Assembly: GCA_965248535.1 (NCBI GenBank)
Contig: CBDFJR010000005.1
Span: 1,440,001 to 1,504,000 of the forward strand
Direction: 5' to 3'
Length of the DNA: 64,000 nucleotides
DNA from: Phormidesmis sp.
GTDB lineage: Bacteria > Cyanobacteriota > Cyanobacteriia > Leptolyngbyales > Leptolyngbyaceae
In this document: positions 39,234 to 50,240 of the stretch, in pieces
Numbering within the stretch: position 1 is the first letter of the stretch
Layout of the letters: every line of letters begins with the position of its first letter
The notes under the pieces: generated by a model
Told to the model about the DNA's origin: nothing
The model's input: the letters and a program-made list of their open reading frames with translations, nothing else
The model's database searches: none
Made by a program: the position numbers and the translations under genes

Positions 39234-40376
39234 CGATCGCACAGTTTCGAGGATCACGTCAGCGGCGCGATCGAGGTCTTCACCCGTGTTGAATCGCCCA
39301 ATCCCCACCCGAATCGACGCATAGGCTAGCTTGTCAGAAAGCCCCAACGCTTGAAGGACATGAGACGGCTCAATCTTGGCAGATGTGCAGGCAGAACCCG
39401 ACGATACCGCGATCGCTGGCTGCACGCCCAACAAAAGAGCTTGCCCATCTACGCCGTCTACGCTGAGGTTGAGATTTCCCGGTAGGCGTTGGGTCGGGTG
39501 TCCATTTAAGTGAACGCCGTCTAGCTGACACACTCGCTGCCACAGACGATCGCGCAATTTGGTTAAGCGCAGTGACTCGGCTGGCATCTCTGCGATCGCT
39601 AGCTCAACCGCTTTGGCAAACCCGACGATCTGGGGCGGATAGAGAGTGCCCGATCGCAGCCCCCGCTCGTGGCCGCCGCCGTGCATTTGAGGCGCGATTT
39701 GAACTCTAGGATTTCGTCGCCGCACATACAACGCGCCGATGCCCTTGGGGCCATAGACTTTGTGAGCCGTCAGAGACATTAAATCGATCTGCATTGCCTC
39801 GACATCTAGCGGAATTTTTCCGATCGCTTGCGCTGCGTCAGTGTGAAATAGCACATGGTGCTTGTGACAGAGATGCCCGATCGCGGCTAAAGGCTGCAAC
39901 ACGCCAATCTCATTATTAGCCGCCATGATCGACACCAAAATCGTGTCCGATCGCAGGGTCTTTTCTAACTCATTCAGATTGACTAAACCATCGGGTTCTA
40001 TGGGCAAAATGGTGACTTCAAACCCTAACAATTGCAGATAACGACCCGGATCAAGAACAGCATTATGCTCTGTCTGAAGGGTAACAATGTGTCGTCCTCG
40101 ATCGAAAGACGCTTCAGCAACACCCTTAATCGCCAGATTGTTGGCTTCGGTGGCACCACTCGTAAACACAATCTCTTTAGGGGTCGCGTTAATCGAATCT
40201 GCCAGAGTGGTTCGGGCTTGCTGAATCGCGGCTTCTGCCTCCCACCCATAGAGGTGCCCCCCGCTCGACGGGTTGCCAAACTGTTGAGTGAAATAGGGCA
40301 CCATGGCGGCTAGCACCCGATCATCTACGGGCGTAGTCGCTTGATTATCAAGATAGATCGGACGTTGAGCCATCAT
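39210..40376 (-). CDS. iscS: Cysteine desulfurase (IscS/NifS)
   Basis: YLDNQATTP, FTSGATEANN, AHKVYGPKG, SSGSACTS. Confidence 0.93.
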   Translation of the reverse strand: MMAQRPIYLDNQATTPVDDRVLAAMVPYFTQQFGNPSSGGHLYGWEAEAAIQQARTTLADSINATPKEIVFTSGATEANNLAIKGVAEASFDRGRHIVTLQTEHNAVLDPGRYLQLLGFEVTILPIEPDGLVNLNELEKTLRSDTILVSIMAANNEIGVLQPLAAIGHLCHKHHVLFHTDAAQAIGKIPLDVEAMQIDLMSLTAHKVYGPKGIGALYVRRRNPRVQIAPQMHGGGHERGLRSGTLYPPQIVGFAKAVELAIAEMPAESLRLTKLRDRLWQRVCQLDGVHLNGHPTQRLPGNLNLSVDGVDGQALLLGVQPAIAVSSGSACTSAKIEPSHVLQALGLSDKLAYASIRVGIGRFNTGEDLDRAADVILETVRSLRLVSQS

Positions 40377-40509
40377 TCACTCATTCTAGCTCAGGGCCCG
40401 TTAGCGACAGATTGCCGTTTTGCGGGTGTCAATCGCACCTAGTTCAACGTCAGTCTCCCAGGCAGGTGCATCCGCTCTAAACAAATGCACCCTGCCAAAA
40501 AACGAGCGA

Positions 40510-42123
40510 CTACTTCGCGGGTTTAAGGGCCAGCACTGCTTCAAACTGGCTCGTGACTTGATCGGTTTGAATGGTCGTGCCACCCACCCCCAGAATAGAG
40601 TTTAGAATCGCAGTTGTCTCTGGTTTTGTGGCTGACTTTTGAGAAACTGGCGTAGCTTTGTTGACTAATGCCATTGTTTTCTCTACATCCATATAAAAGT
40701 AGCCGATGTTTTGCTTAGGCAGAGAAGCTGTCACTGCCTTAAAGCGATCGCTGGTTTCTAACGACGCATTGGCGTGACTGGACACCGCGCTCACCAGTTG
40801 ATCGCCCATTGCTATAAACAGGGTGTTGTCATCTAACCAGCCATGACCCAAAAGCGCGCCTTTAGGGGTTTGCCACTCAGTGACTTTTTTGCCGTTGATC
40901 TCGCGTTGAGCGATCGTCAGAGATTGGCTCTTGGCCAACGTGTCCAGTTTACTAATTGTGGCTTCGGCAGTTTTACGATCGCTGGTGTTAAACACCATCA
41001 CCCCTCCCACTCCAAACTGAGACAGCAGTCCTTGACTTAGGGGTGCCATGCCGATCGCAAACTCGCCATTCATCCAGCCAAAGATGTCGCGATCTAGGTC
41101 AAGACCAATCAGTTGGCTGCCGCCCCGCATCATATCGACAGACTGCTTGACCTCTGGGCTGTCTTTAGCTCGTGCCGTGACCTGACTCCAATAAGCGTTG
41201 AGGTCAGCGCCAGACACCAGCGCCAAGGTGTCGGCCGGAAACTGGGACACCACTTTGCCCGGAGACGGTTTAAACGCGATCGCGGTTTGGGGGTCAACCT
41301 TCACCGTTCCTTTGAGACGCAGACCGACCCCTTCAATGCTGACGGTGCTAACCACTGACTTCACTCGCCTGAGCGACTCTAAAGGCGATGAATTAATCCG
41401 GGTACTAGGGTCACTGCTCATGGCTTGGGCCACGTCAGCATAGTTAGGCACATAAAAGCGGGCTACAACAGCTTCTCCGTCACGCTCCGCCAATAGCGGG
41501 GTCACGTCTGATCGGCTGGCAAACGAGGGGCTGCCTTGGAGGGTCTCGATCGAGCGCTCGATCGCGGCTTTGTCAGACGACAGCACGAGATAAGCATCTT
41601 TGAGCACGGCCGTGTAGCCAGGTTTTTTGCTTTTGTCGTCAATCGCTTCGCTGATTTTGACCCCTTTATACTCAGTTTCAGTGCTTTTGACTTTTGCATT
41701 GCTCTTGAGCTTGTTGGCAAAGCTGAGGGCGCTCACTTTGTCTTTGATGGCGATCGCCATGAGCACCTCTGGTTTTTTAGGATCGGAGCCTGGCATCACC
41801 GCCACCATCAGGTTGCCCATCCAGGGTTTTAGGTCTTTGTCTACATCGACGTTGGATTCAGTCAGCATTTTTTGCTGGAAGTCTTGAAAGCTTTTATTAA
41901 CTGCCTGTTGAGCCTCTGGGGTGCCGAACTGCTTGAGCTTGTCCCAATTTTTTTCGTCTGTGGAGACAAAGGCTGCCATATAAGCTTTATCAGGAATCAC
42001 TTTGGCGATTCCTAACGGGGTCGCGGTGTCTCCGGGTGCCCCGTTGAGATAGAAATATCCGGCTACGCCGCCTGCCAGAGCAGTCACCGCTACAGCAGGT
42101 AAAATCAGCTTTTTCACAGACAT
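40510..42123 (-). CDS. DUF3352-domain protein
   Basis: N-terminal TM anchor, DKDLKPWMG, DLDRDIFGWMNGEFAI. Confidence 0.8.
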   Translation of the reverse strand: MSVKKLILPAVAVTALAGGVAGYFYLNGAPGDTATPLGIAKVIPDKAYMAAFVSTDEKNWDKLKQFGTPEAQQAVNKSFQDFQQKMLTESNVDVDKDLKPWMGNLMVAVMPGSDPKKPEVLMAIAIKDKVSALSFANKLKSNAKVKSTETEYKGVKISEAIDDKSKKPGYTAVLKDAYLVLSSDKAAIERSIETLQGSPSFASRSDVTPLLAERDGEAVVARFYVPNYADVAQAMSSDPSTRINSSPLESLRRVKSVVSTVSIEGVGLRLKGTVKVDPQTAIAFKPSPGKVVSQFPADTLALVSGADLNAYWSQVTARAKDSPEVKQSVDMMRGGSQLIGLDLDRDIFGWMNGEFAIGMAPLSQGLLSQFGVGGVMVFNTSDRKTAEATISKLDTLAKSQSLTIAQREINGKKVTEWQTPKGALLGHGWLDDNTLFIAMGDQLVSAVSSHANASLETSDRFKAVTASLPKQNIGYFYMDVEKTMALVNKATPVSQKSATKPETTAILNSILGVGGTTIQTDQVTSQFEAVLALKPAK

Positions 42124-42311
42124 TCAAGTTCCTCAGTGTTGTAAATATCATTACGGTTGTTTTTAACATCACCCTGACACTGAGCAAATTCGGACGATGG
42201 AGCAATCTAATCGCCGCGAAGTCTTTGGACTGATGAATTACCCTGTGAGCACTTCTCAGCTATTCACTCTGGAGAATTGAAGCGATCGCGTTCATCAGTC
42301 ACAATAGGATC

Positions 42312-43298
42312 ATGAATCGAGTTGATTATCTCCGAATTAGTTTGATCGATCGCTGCAACTTCCGGTGTCAATACTGCATGCCGGAAGGGGCAGAGATTGA
42401 CTATGTGTTGCAGCAAGACTTGCTGACTCAAGCAGAACTCTCAACCCTGTTGCGCGAAGTCTTTATCCCGGCTGGGTTTACGCGGTTTCGCTTAACGGGC
42501 GGTGAGCCGCTGATCCGTCCGGGTGTGGTAGAAATTGTCAAAGAAATTGCCCAGTTTCCTGAAACTCAGGATCTCTCGATGACTACCAATGCCTTTCTGC
42601 TCGAAGGGCTGGCGCAAGATCTTTATAACGCGGGGCTGCGGCGCATCAACATTAGTTTAGATTCTCTAGAACCAGAGACCTTTGATAAAATCGTCGGCAA
42701 TCGCGGGCGATCGCGCTGGCAGCAGGTTTGGGCTGGCATTCAAATGGCTCACCAGGTTGGGTTTGACCCCTTGAAGCTGAATGTGGTAGTGATTCCTGGA
42801 GTCAACGATCACGAAGTCTTGAATCTGGCGGCGTTGAGTCTCGATCGAGAATGGCACGTTCGCTTTATCGAATTCATGCCGATCGGAAATGGCGATCTGT
42901 TTGATCACCACGGTTGGGTCAGTTCGGAAGACTTGCGGCAGCAGATTCGCGATCGCTGGGGGCTGACTTCTTCACAGGTGCAGGGCAACGGCCCCGCCGA
43001 TGTTTTTCAAATTCCGGGGGCTAAAGGCACGCTGGGATTTATTAGCCAAATGTCAGAGTGCTTCTGCGATCGCTGTAATCGGATGCGGCTTTCGGCTGAT
43101 GGCTGGCTGCGCCCCTGTTTGCTCAACGAAGACGGGCAGCTTGACTTAAAAACAGGGCTACGATCGGGGGTGCCGATTTCCCACCTGCGAGATCAGGTGA
43201 GTGAGCTTTTAGGCTTAAAGCCAGAGATCAACTACAAACAGCGTCAGTCTGGCACCGCCGGAGCCTATAGCCGCACGATGTCGCAGATTGGAGGGTAA
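42312..43298 (+). CDS. moaA: GTP 3',8-cyclase
   Basis: [35 protein letters not shown]-terminal IGG. Confidence 0.97.
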   Translation: MNRVDYLRISLIDRCNFRCQYCMPEGAEIDYVLQQDLLTQAELSTLLREVFIPAGFTRFRLTGGEPLIRPGVVEIVKEIAQFPETQDLSMTTNAFLLEGLAQDLYNAGLRRINISLDSLEPETFDKIVGNRGRSRWQQVWAGIQMAHQVGFDPLKLNVVVIPGVNDHEVLNLAALSLDREWHVRFIEFMPIGNGDLFDHHGWVSSEDLRQQIRDRWGLTSSQVQGNGPADVFQIPGAKGTLGFISQMSECFCDRCNRMRLSADGWLRPCLLNEDGQLDLKTGLRSGVPISHLRDQVSELLGLKPEINYKQRQSGTAGAYSRTMSQIGG

Positions 43299-43376
43299 CT
43301 CAGGGGTTTAGCGCTTCAAAATTGAACAATGGGCGACAGTGACAGTCCCCTACGGTTCCCTCTCAAAGCGCCCTAG

Positions 43377-44198
43377 CTAGGAGATTTCTACTTCTGTCTG
43401 CCGAATTTCTTCATCTAAAAACTCAGTCACTTGCTGAATGGCTTGATAGATCTGCTGAAAGCGCTCCTGCTTTTTAACCGCAGACCACTCATAGTGCTCT
43501 AATAGCTCTGCGGCGGTTTGCACGATCGTCAAAGGAGTCCGAATTTTGTGAGAGACCGTTTCAATCAACTGCGTTCTGAGCCGCTCAAACTCAGACTGAC
43601 TGTAAAACGGTTTGGGAGGTGGCTCGTGGCGGTCAGAGTCAGTCAGCGATCGCGTCACGCCCGACACCCGCAGCGGCTGGTTGTGACAATCGCAAAACAC
43701 TCGCCCTTCGTTTTGCAACCAGCGAAAGCTGCCGTCGGGTTGCAGCATTCGATAATCGTTGGTGCCTTCGCCGTTGGTCACGACGATAAAGGCGGTCGTT
43801 AGGGTAAAGCGCAGGCGATCGTCAGGGTGCACCTGCTGCATCCAGGCTTCATAGGTCACAGGCAGCAGATCGGCTGACCACCCTAACAGTGGCTCAAGGT
43901 TGCACGACCAGCAGACTTCACCCGTCACAACGTCCCACTCCCAGGCAGCTAGGTGAGTGGTTTCTAATACCAGTTGCAGTCGGCGCTCAGACGATCGTAG
44001 GGCAGACTCGGCCCGCTCTAGCCGAAGCTCTAACTCAGCCTGCTCAGACGGGGGATGAGGGTCTACAATCGCTGAACGCAAGTCTTCAGCGCACGCCTGG
44101 GACACATAAGGGGACTGGGGTTGAGAAAATTTGTTGGGATTGGTGACGATAGAGCCATCAGGTGCTGGCTTACGAATGATGTTAAAAGATGCAGCCAA
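43377..44198 (-). CDS. PAS-domain protein ending in a HisKA-like helix pair (no ATPase domain)
   Basis: AWEWDVVTGEVCWS, VHPDD, DGSFRW; SHKIRTPL, then a stop about 50 aa later. Confidence 0.7.
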   Translation of the reverse strand: MAASFNIIRKPAPDGSIVTNPNKFSQPQSPYVSQACAEDLRSAIVDPHPPSEQAELELRLERAESALRSSERRLQLVLETTHLAAWEWDVVTGEVCWSCNLEPLLGWSADLLPVTYEAWMQQVHPDDRLRFTLTTAFIVVTNGEGTNDYRMLQPDGSFRWLQNEGRVFCDCHNQPLRVSGVTRSLTDSDRHEPPPKPFYSQSEFERLRTQLIETVSHKIRTPLTIVQTAAELLEHYEWSAVKKQERFQQIYQAIQQVTEFLDEEIRQTEVEIS

Positions 44199-44358
44199 AG
44201 AATTAGCACCCTTGAAACTTCAGTGGACGTTTAGCATAAGTGTCGTACTGATATCAATCATAACGGGTAAGCCACTGAGTAATCTTGCCAAAAAATTTTA
44301 ATATCTCCAATAATTAATAGATGTAGCCTAGATTACAGCGCCCAGAAAAGTTTTCCCT

Positions 44359-47300
44359 TTAGGGGGCTGTCAAGTCGCTCAGATCAATTGCTCCCAAGGT
44401 TTTGAGCGTGGCTTTCTGTGCGTCGGTTGAGCCAGTCATCCCGGTGATATTCATGCCCTCATAGGGTCGCGGATTTCTCAATACCTCTAGACACGCCCCG
44501 GTTTTAGCATCCCAGAGGCGCAGCGTTTCGTCTTCGCTGCCGCTGGCGATCGCGGTGCCATCACTGCTGCAAGCCACTGACCAGATACGATCGCGGTGTC
44601 CCTGCAAGATCTGCTCACAGGCTCCGGTCGCAGTGTTCCAGACTTTGAGCGTGTGATCGAGTCCACCACTAATAATAGTGTTGCCATCAGCGCTAAAGAG
44701 AGCAGATTTGACGCAATCTCGATCGTGCAGCGTTTGCAAGCATTCGCCCGTTTGTAGGCTCCAGCGCTTAACCGTGTGATCGTCACTGCCACTAAGAAGG
44801 GTTTGGCGATCGCGGCTAAACGTGACCGAGCAGACGCGCCCTGTGTGTCCTTTTAAGGGGGACAGGTGATCGGTGCTCAGGTTCCATAGCTGAATATGGT
44901 GATCTTCTAGTCCGATCGCCACTCGTGCTCCATCGGGGCTAAAAGCCACTGACCAGATGCGGCTTTGGGTGTTTAAGACGCGCAGACAGGTGCTTGTTGC
45001 CAGATCCCACAGTCGCATCGTCTGGTCAAAGCCTGCACTGACTAGCTGTTGACCATCGGGGCTAAAGGCCACTGACCAGACCCAATTACTGTGACCGCGC
45101 AGAATTTTGAGGCACTGCCCAGTTTGCCGATCCCACAGTCTGATGGTTTGGTCAAAGCTGCCGCTAGCCAGGGTTTGACCATCGGGGCTAAAGGCCACTG
45201 ACCAGACCCAATTGCTGTGACCGTGCATCGTTTTAAGACACTGACCAGTTTGCCGATCCCACAGTTTGAGGGTGTGATCAGCGCTGGTGCTGGCGATAGT
45301 TTGGCTATCAGGGCTAAAGGCCACCGACAGCACAAAATTGGTGTAGCCTTGAAACGTTTTGAAGCAGTCCCCGGTTAGAGAATGCCACAGCCGCACCGAT
45401 TGATCGGCGCTGCCGCTCGCCAACATCTGCCCGTTGGGGCTAAAGGCGACCGATCGCACGGGTGCCGTGTGTCCCTGCAAGGTTTTTAAACACTGTCCCG
45501 TTTGCCGATCCCACAATCTGACGGTGAGATCGAAGCTGCTGCTGGCCAACTTCTGACCATCGGGGCTAAAACTGACGCAGCGAATCTCATTGGTGTGACC
45601 CGTCAAGGTGGTTAGACAGCAGCCTGTTTGGAGATCCCAGAGCTTCACAGTGTGGTCTTGACTGCCGCTCAATCCCGTTTGCCCATCGGGGCTAAAGGCG
45701 ACTCCGCGCACGCCGCTCGTGTGTCCTGTTAAGGTTTTGAGACAGGCTCCGGTGTGGATATTCCAAAGTTTGAGGGTGCGATCGTCGCTGCCGCTGATCA
45801 AGGTTTGCCCATCGGGGCTGAAGGCGATCGAGCAAACCCAGTGTTGATGCTCATCCAAACTGCGTAGACAGTGCCCGGTCTGAAGATCCCAAACTCGAAT
45901 GGTGCCATCCACACTGCTGCTCGCCACCAGGGGATCAATCGGACTAAACGCCACCGAGACCAGCCAATCGCTGTGACCCTCCAAGGTCTGCAAACATTGC
46001 CCCGTAGTGACATCCCACAGTTTGACGGTTTTATCGACGCTGCCGCTGACGATCGTCTGCCCATCAGGACTAAAGGCGATCGAGCAAACCCAGTGCTGAT
46101 GCCCCTGACAGGTAAACAGCTTAACTCGATGGCGCAATAACGTGCCGTCACGATCGCACAGTTGCCAGAGATGAATGTCTCCTGCCGTGTCGCTAGCCGC
46201 CAGCACTTGACCATCGGGGCTAAACGCCACTGACCAGACATTGCCCAAGGTGTCAGAAAAGACCGATTTGCTTAAATCAGCGTGGCTGAAGTTGACCTGA
46301 CGCAAATTTGCGCCGCTGAGATGGGCTTGCCACACCGCCAGATGAGAAAAGTCATAGCCCGTCAGGTCGGCGTTGAGTTGCCGCAGCAAATTGATCACGT
46401 TTCCGGCTCCATAGCCTGCGGCACAATCCACCTGTTTCTGCAAGGTTATGAGCACTTGCTTGAGCTTTTTTTGAATCTCTGATTTGCAGTGAGTATGAGT
46501 TGTCAAGCGATCGAGCAAGGGTTGCACAATCATGCGAATTTGACGATCGCGCACCTGGTCTTCGACATCTGCTTTGATCAGGGCATGGCTCATCAATAGC
46601 CGCAGATCTTGCGTGATGATTTCTTGATGCACTTGGTCAATCAAAATTTCAGCGACATACTCCATCACAACAGGTTGCAGGGTAAAGCTTGCGCCGTGCT
46701 TTTCGATCAGAGGTCGGCGGGCGAGAGAGGCCAGAGCCTCAATGAGATGCCGCTTTTGCACCGTGGGCACTAAGTCTGCGGCCAAGTCAGAGAGCGAAGT
46801 TCCTTCTCGGTTGATCGCCAACCAATACATGATTTGCTTTTCTAACTCAGAAAGGCGATCGAACTGCTGCTCTAACAGGTCAGAAATGTCGCCAAACACA
46901 GCCGTGCCCTGTCTGAGAAACTCTGCCACGTCGTGATCAAACAGGTCTTGAATGGTGGCCGCCGCAATCTTGAGCGCCAAGGGGTTGCCGTCATAGAGGT
47001 TGATCAACTGATCCAAAATAGGAGCCGTCGCCGCCAGAGATTTTGGCTTTAACAAGTCTCTAGCGTCTGACTCATCTAACCCGGCTAGTTTTAACGATCG
47101 CACCGCCGTTCCTTCTAGAGTGGCAGCTTCTCTGGGTTTTTCTCGACTGGTTAACACCAGACAGCTTTGATGCACCGTCTCACCCACTCGCCGAAACAGT
47201 TCGCCATAGGCTTCATACCCGATCGGGTAATGTCCCGCTTGTTCGCCACTGCCTAAAATAGATTCAACGTTGTCGAACACTAGCAGGCATCGGTGCTGGC

Positions 47301-47955
47301 GCAGATAGTGCAGCAGTCGCCCTAGCTTGCTGTCTACCGAGTCGGGCAACTCAGTTTCTTGCTGATTAGAGAGAGATTGAATGAGGTCAGACACTATGGT
47401 GTCGATCGGGGGCGCATCTCGCAGCGATCGCCAAATCACAAACTCAAAGGTGGCTTGCAGCCGCTCGGTGAGTTTGATCGAGAGCACGGTTTTGCCGATG
47501 CCGCCCATGCCCAGCAGGGTGACTAAGCGACAGCGATCTTCACCGATCCACTGCTCTAGCTCGGCAAGCTCTGACGATCGCCCACAAAAGCCAGAGGTGT
47601 CAATCAACTCGCCCCAATCAGTAGTAGGTGAGGGACGATCGAGAAGACTGGCTGCATGGTCTGCCGCAGCCGTGTCTAAGCGGGCTTCTGCCTCTGCCCA
47701 GGCTTTTTGGGCCCACTGCCTGAGCACGACTCGAAAGTTGTGCTTGGTCACCCGTTGACCGAGTTGATCAGAGAGGGTTTGCCAAAGCTGAGAGCCAACT
47801 AGCTTCACATAGTCAGAGTCATAGCCCACGGTGCCCGCAATTTGCTCATAGGTTTGCCCGTCCCAGGCTTGACAAAACACTGTTTCTTGGAGATGGGTGA
47901 GTTGTTCTCGACCCATTAGGCTGTCTAGCACTACCAGTGCTTCTTCAATGGTCAT
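44359..47955 (-). CDS. STAND protein: wHTH - NB-ARC - pentapeptide - about 14 WD40 repeats
   Basis: GMGGIGKT, LLVFDNVE, TSREKP, GNPLAL; GH...V.SVAFSPDG...LWD repeats. Confidence 0.93.
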   Translation of the reverse strand: MTIEEALVVLDSLMGREQLTHLQETVFCQAWDGQTYEQIAGTVGYDSDYVKLVGSQLWQTLSDQLGQRVTKHNFRVVLRQWAQKAWAEAEARLDTAAADHAASLLDRPSPTTDWGELIDTSGFCGRSSELAELEQWIGEDRCRLVTLLGMGGIGKTVLSIKLTERLQATFEFVIWRSLRDAPPIDTIVSDLIQSLSNQQETELPDSVDSKLGRLLHYLRQHRCLLVFDNVESILGSGEQAGHYPIGYEAYGELFRRVGETVHQSCLVLTSREKPREAATLEGTAVRSLKLAGLDESDARDLLKPKSLAATAPILDQLINLYDGNPLALKIAAATIQDLFDHDVAEFLRQGTAVFGDISDLLEQQFDRLSELEKQIMYWLAINREGTSLSDLAADLVPTVQKRHLIEALASLARRPLIEKHGASFTLQPVVMEYVAEILIDQVHQEIITQDLRLLMSHALIKADVEDQVRDRQIRMIVQPLLDRLTTHTHCKSEIQKKLKQVLITLQKQVDCAAGYGAGNVINLLRQLNADLTGYDFSHLAVWQAHLSGANLRQVNFSHADLSKSVFSDTLGNVWSVAFSPDGQVLAASDTAGDIHLWQLCDRDGTLLRHRVKLFTCQGHQHWVCSIAFSPDGQTIVSGSVDKTVKLWDVTTGQCLQTLEGHSDWLVSVAFSPIDPLVASSSVDGTIRVWDLQTGHCLRSLDEHQHWVCSIAFSPDGQTLISGSDDRTLKLWNIHTGACLKTLTGHTSGVRGVAFSPDGQTGLSGSQDHTVKLWDLQTGCCLTTLTGHTNEIRCVSFSPDGQKLASSSFDLTVRLWDRQTGQCLKTLQGHTAPVRSVAFSPNGQMLASGSADQSVRLWHSLTGDCFKTFQGYTNFVLSVAFSPDSQTIASTSADHTLKLWDRQTGQCLKTMHGHSNWVWSVAFSPDGQTLASGSFDQTIRLWDRQTGQCLKILRGHSNWVWSVAFSPDGQQLVSAGFDQTMRLWDLATSTCLRVLNTQSRIWSVAFSPDGARVAIGLEDHHIQLWNLSTDHLSPLKGHTGRVCSVTFSRDRQTLLSGSDDHTVKRWSLQTGECLQTLHDRDCVKSALFSADGNTIISGGLDHTLKVWNTATGACEQILQGHRDRIWSVACSSDGTAIASGSEDETLRLWDAKTGACLEVLRNPRPYEGMNITGMTGSTDAQKATLKTLGAIDLSDLTAP

Positions 47956-48365
47956 GGCTCAATGCACCCTTGAACGTCTTCTCTGATTTGCCCCGATCTG
48001 GCGGAGGGTTGCCATTTTTCTACGATCGTAGGGCGCTCTGTCTAAAGATTCAGCAGCGCTTAGGTAAATTCCCGGTCAGTTTTTCTAAGGGGTCAAATTT
48101 CTCCATATAAATACTGTAGCGAGATTATAGGGCTGATTTCATCAGGGTTTCGAGCCGTGAACTAACGTTTTATGACGTTGCGGCGATCGAAGTCCTAACT
48201 TTTTCTCACGGGCAAGCGGGAACAACTCGTTTAGCTTTTATGTAGAGCGTCAGGCGGTGCTTCAACCTGAACGCCCAAAAAATAGTTCAGCGCTGGGCAG
48301 TGCATAACAGCCAACTCTCAGACGTAGTGAAGCAATAGTTATCGTTCATTCAAGCCCCCAGGAAA

Positions 48366-48911
48366 ATGAACATGAGTTCCTTAGAAAATAATCATTTTTT
48401 GACTTCTGTGCTGGAAGGATTCGTGGATGGCATTTTGATTTTGAATGTGCAGAACGAGTTAGTCTATGCCAACACACCTGGTGCACGCATTTGTCAGCAT
48501 TTGACCCATCGTGAAAACGCGGTGCCTGACGAAGTGCTGCGATCGTGTGAGGCGCTGATTGAAAGTCGTGAACTGTATGGTGATCGTCCGTTGGTGATTG
48601 AGTCAGAAGTCAGCAACGAGCAATCTCAAACCTTTCGCATTCGGGTGCAGTGGCTCAAGCTCGATGATTTGCAGCAGCCTTATCTATTGGTCAGGCTCGA
48701 AGATCAGCAGCAGGCCTTGCAAAGTTTGGCGGTGACAGAGGCAAAAAAATATGGTTTAACGCCCCGTGAGGCAGAGGTCTGGTTTCTCAAGCGCTGCAAT
48801 TTGCCCCGCAAAGAGATTGCGGCTCGGCTTTATATCACGATCGATACCGTCAAGAAGCATCTGGGCAACATTCAGTCTAAAAAACAGGCGCATCAAGAGA
48901 GTTGGTGCTGA
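48366..48911 (+). CDS. LuxR-type HTH regulator with PAS-like N-terminus
   Basis: LEGFVDGILIL; GLTPREAEVW...KEIAARLYITIDTVKKHL. Confidence 0.88.
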   Translation: MNMSSLENNHFLTSVLEGFVDGILILNVQNELVYANTPGARICQHLTHRENAVPDEVLRSCEALIESRELYGDRPLVIESEVSNEQSQTFRIRVQWLKLDDLQQPYLLVRLEDQQQALQSLAVTEAKKYGLTPREAEVWFLKRCNLPRKEIAARLYITIDTVKKHLGNIQSKKQAHQESWC

Positions 48912-48933
48912 AAGGATCAGTCGCGATCGTAGA

Positions 48934-50184
48934 TTAGCCCAACTCCAGCAGGGTTTGCACAAAGTCATATAGCTCGACTTCGGACTGATCTTGCTGCTGC
49001 AACTCTTTGAGGTCGATCAGCCCTTGGGCAAGCTCGGTCGATCGCCCTTTATAGGTGTTGTGGGCCGCTAGCAAATCGATAAAAACTTCTCGCTCAATGT
49101 GCAGTCTAGACATTTCTTCTGACAAAGGAGAGGCATATTCAACAGCATCGACTTCATACTTCAGCAGAAAAATCAAAGCTCCTGTGAGTTCTTTGAGATG
49201 CTGCTGAAGTTTTTTGGTGTCGAGATCTAAGCGATCAAAGCCGACTTGTCCTTCGATTCTCAACTCCACCATCACGGCCCGATCCACTTCAATGCGCTTG
49301 GATTGGATCGCGGATTGCACTTGGGCGATCGCTGCCGCTTCAAGCTGCTCCAAGCTTTCGTTGCCCCGTGCTTTCACCTGCAACCGCACCCACGGGCGCT
49401 GATAATAATCTTGTTTGAGGTCGGCGTGAATGCCGTCTGGGGTTAGCTCGACGAGATAAGCGCCCCGATCGTATTTTGACTCTTCGACGCTGTTGGCCTC
49501 GGTTGAGCCGGGGTTAAACACCCAGCCTTTTTCGCTATAGCTTTTGTGAATGTGACCCAGCGCCAGATAGTCAACGCCAGCTTCTTTGAGGGGCAGCAAA
49601 TCGGTGTAGCGCAAGGCTCCTTGATATCGGGCGATCTGCCCTTCTAGCCCGTGGTGAAACAGCATGACTGAGTAGCCCGGACTCGCCGGAAGCTGCTGAA
49701 TCGCGGTGGCTAGGGACGCGATCGCTTTGGGTGCAGACGCGCCATACCACTGTGACCCCAAGACCCGCACGCCACAATCGAGATCGATATAGCCACCCGA
49801 TTCGCCGTCCCACATGTCGTAGATGACTTTGCCATCAGTGGTTTCCGGTTCGAGGAGAATCAGCAACTCATCTTGAGCGAGATATCTCAGCCAGTTGGTT
49901 TGAGTGCCATAGGGTCGATTGTCGTGATTGCCTTCGATGACGATCGCCGGAATCTGGTGATCTTTGAGCATCTGAAAGCAGATTTTTGCCTGGTTGAGAA
50001 TATTGGGCTGAATGGTGCGGTGCTCAAACAAATCACCCGCAATCACCACAAAATCAACCTGAGCCGCGATCGCATATTTTTTCAGCGCGTCTTCAAACGC
50101 TCGATAAAAATCTTTGGTGCGTTCTTTGCTGTCGTAGCGATCGAAGCCCAGGTGAACATCGGCCAAATGGAGAAATCGCGGCAT
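48934..50184 (-). CDS. sbcD: SbcD/Mre11-like DNA repair exonuclease
   Basis: HLADVHLG, AGDLF, GNHD, ALGHIH, NPGS. Confidence 0.9.
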   Translation of the reverse strand: MPRFLHLADVHLGFDRYDSKERTKDFYRAFEDALKKYAIAAQVDFVVIAGDLFEHRTIQPNILNQAKICFQMLKDHQIPAIVIEGNHDNRPYGTQTNWLRYLAQDELLILLEPETTDGKVIYDMWDGESGGYIDLDCGVRVLGSQWYGASAPKAIASLATAIQQLPASPGYSVMLFHHGLEGQIARYQGALRYTDLLPLKEAGVDYLALGHIHKSYSEKGWVFNPGSTEANSVEESKYDRGAYLVELTPDGIHADLKQDYYQRPWVRLQVKARGNESLEQLEAAAIAQVQSAIQSKRIEVDRAVMVELRIEGQVGFDRLDLDTKKLQQHLKELTGALIFLLKYEVDAVEYASPLSEEMSRLHIEREVFIDLLAAHNTYKGRSTELAQGLIDLKELQQQDQSEVELYDFVQTLLELG

Positions 50185-50240
50185 GGCAACTTAGTACTTC
50201 AGCATTGGTTTAACGGCACGTAACCCCTAAGATAACCCTA

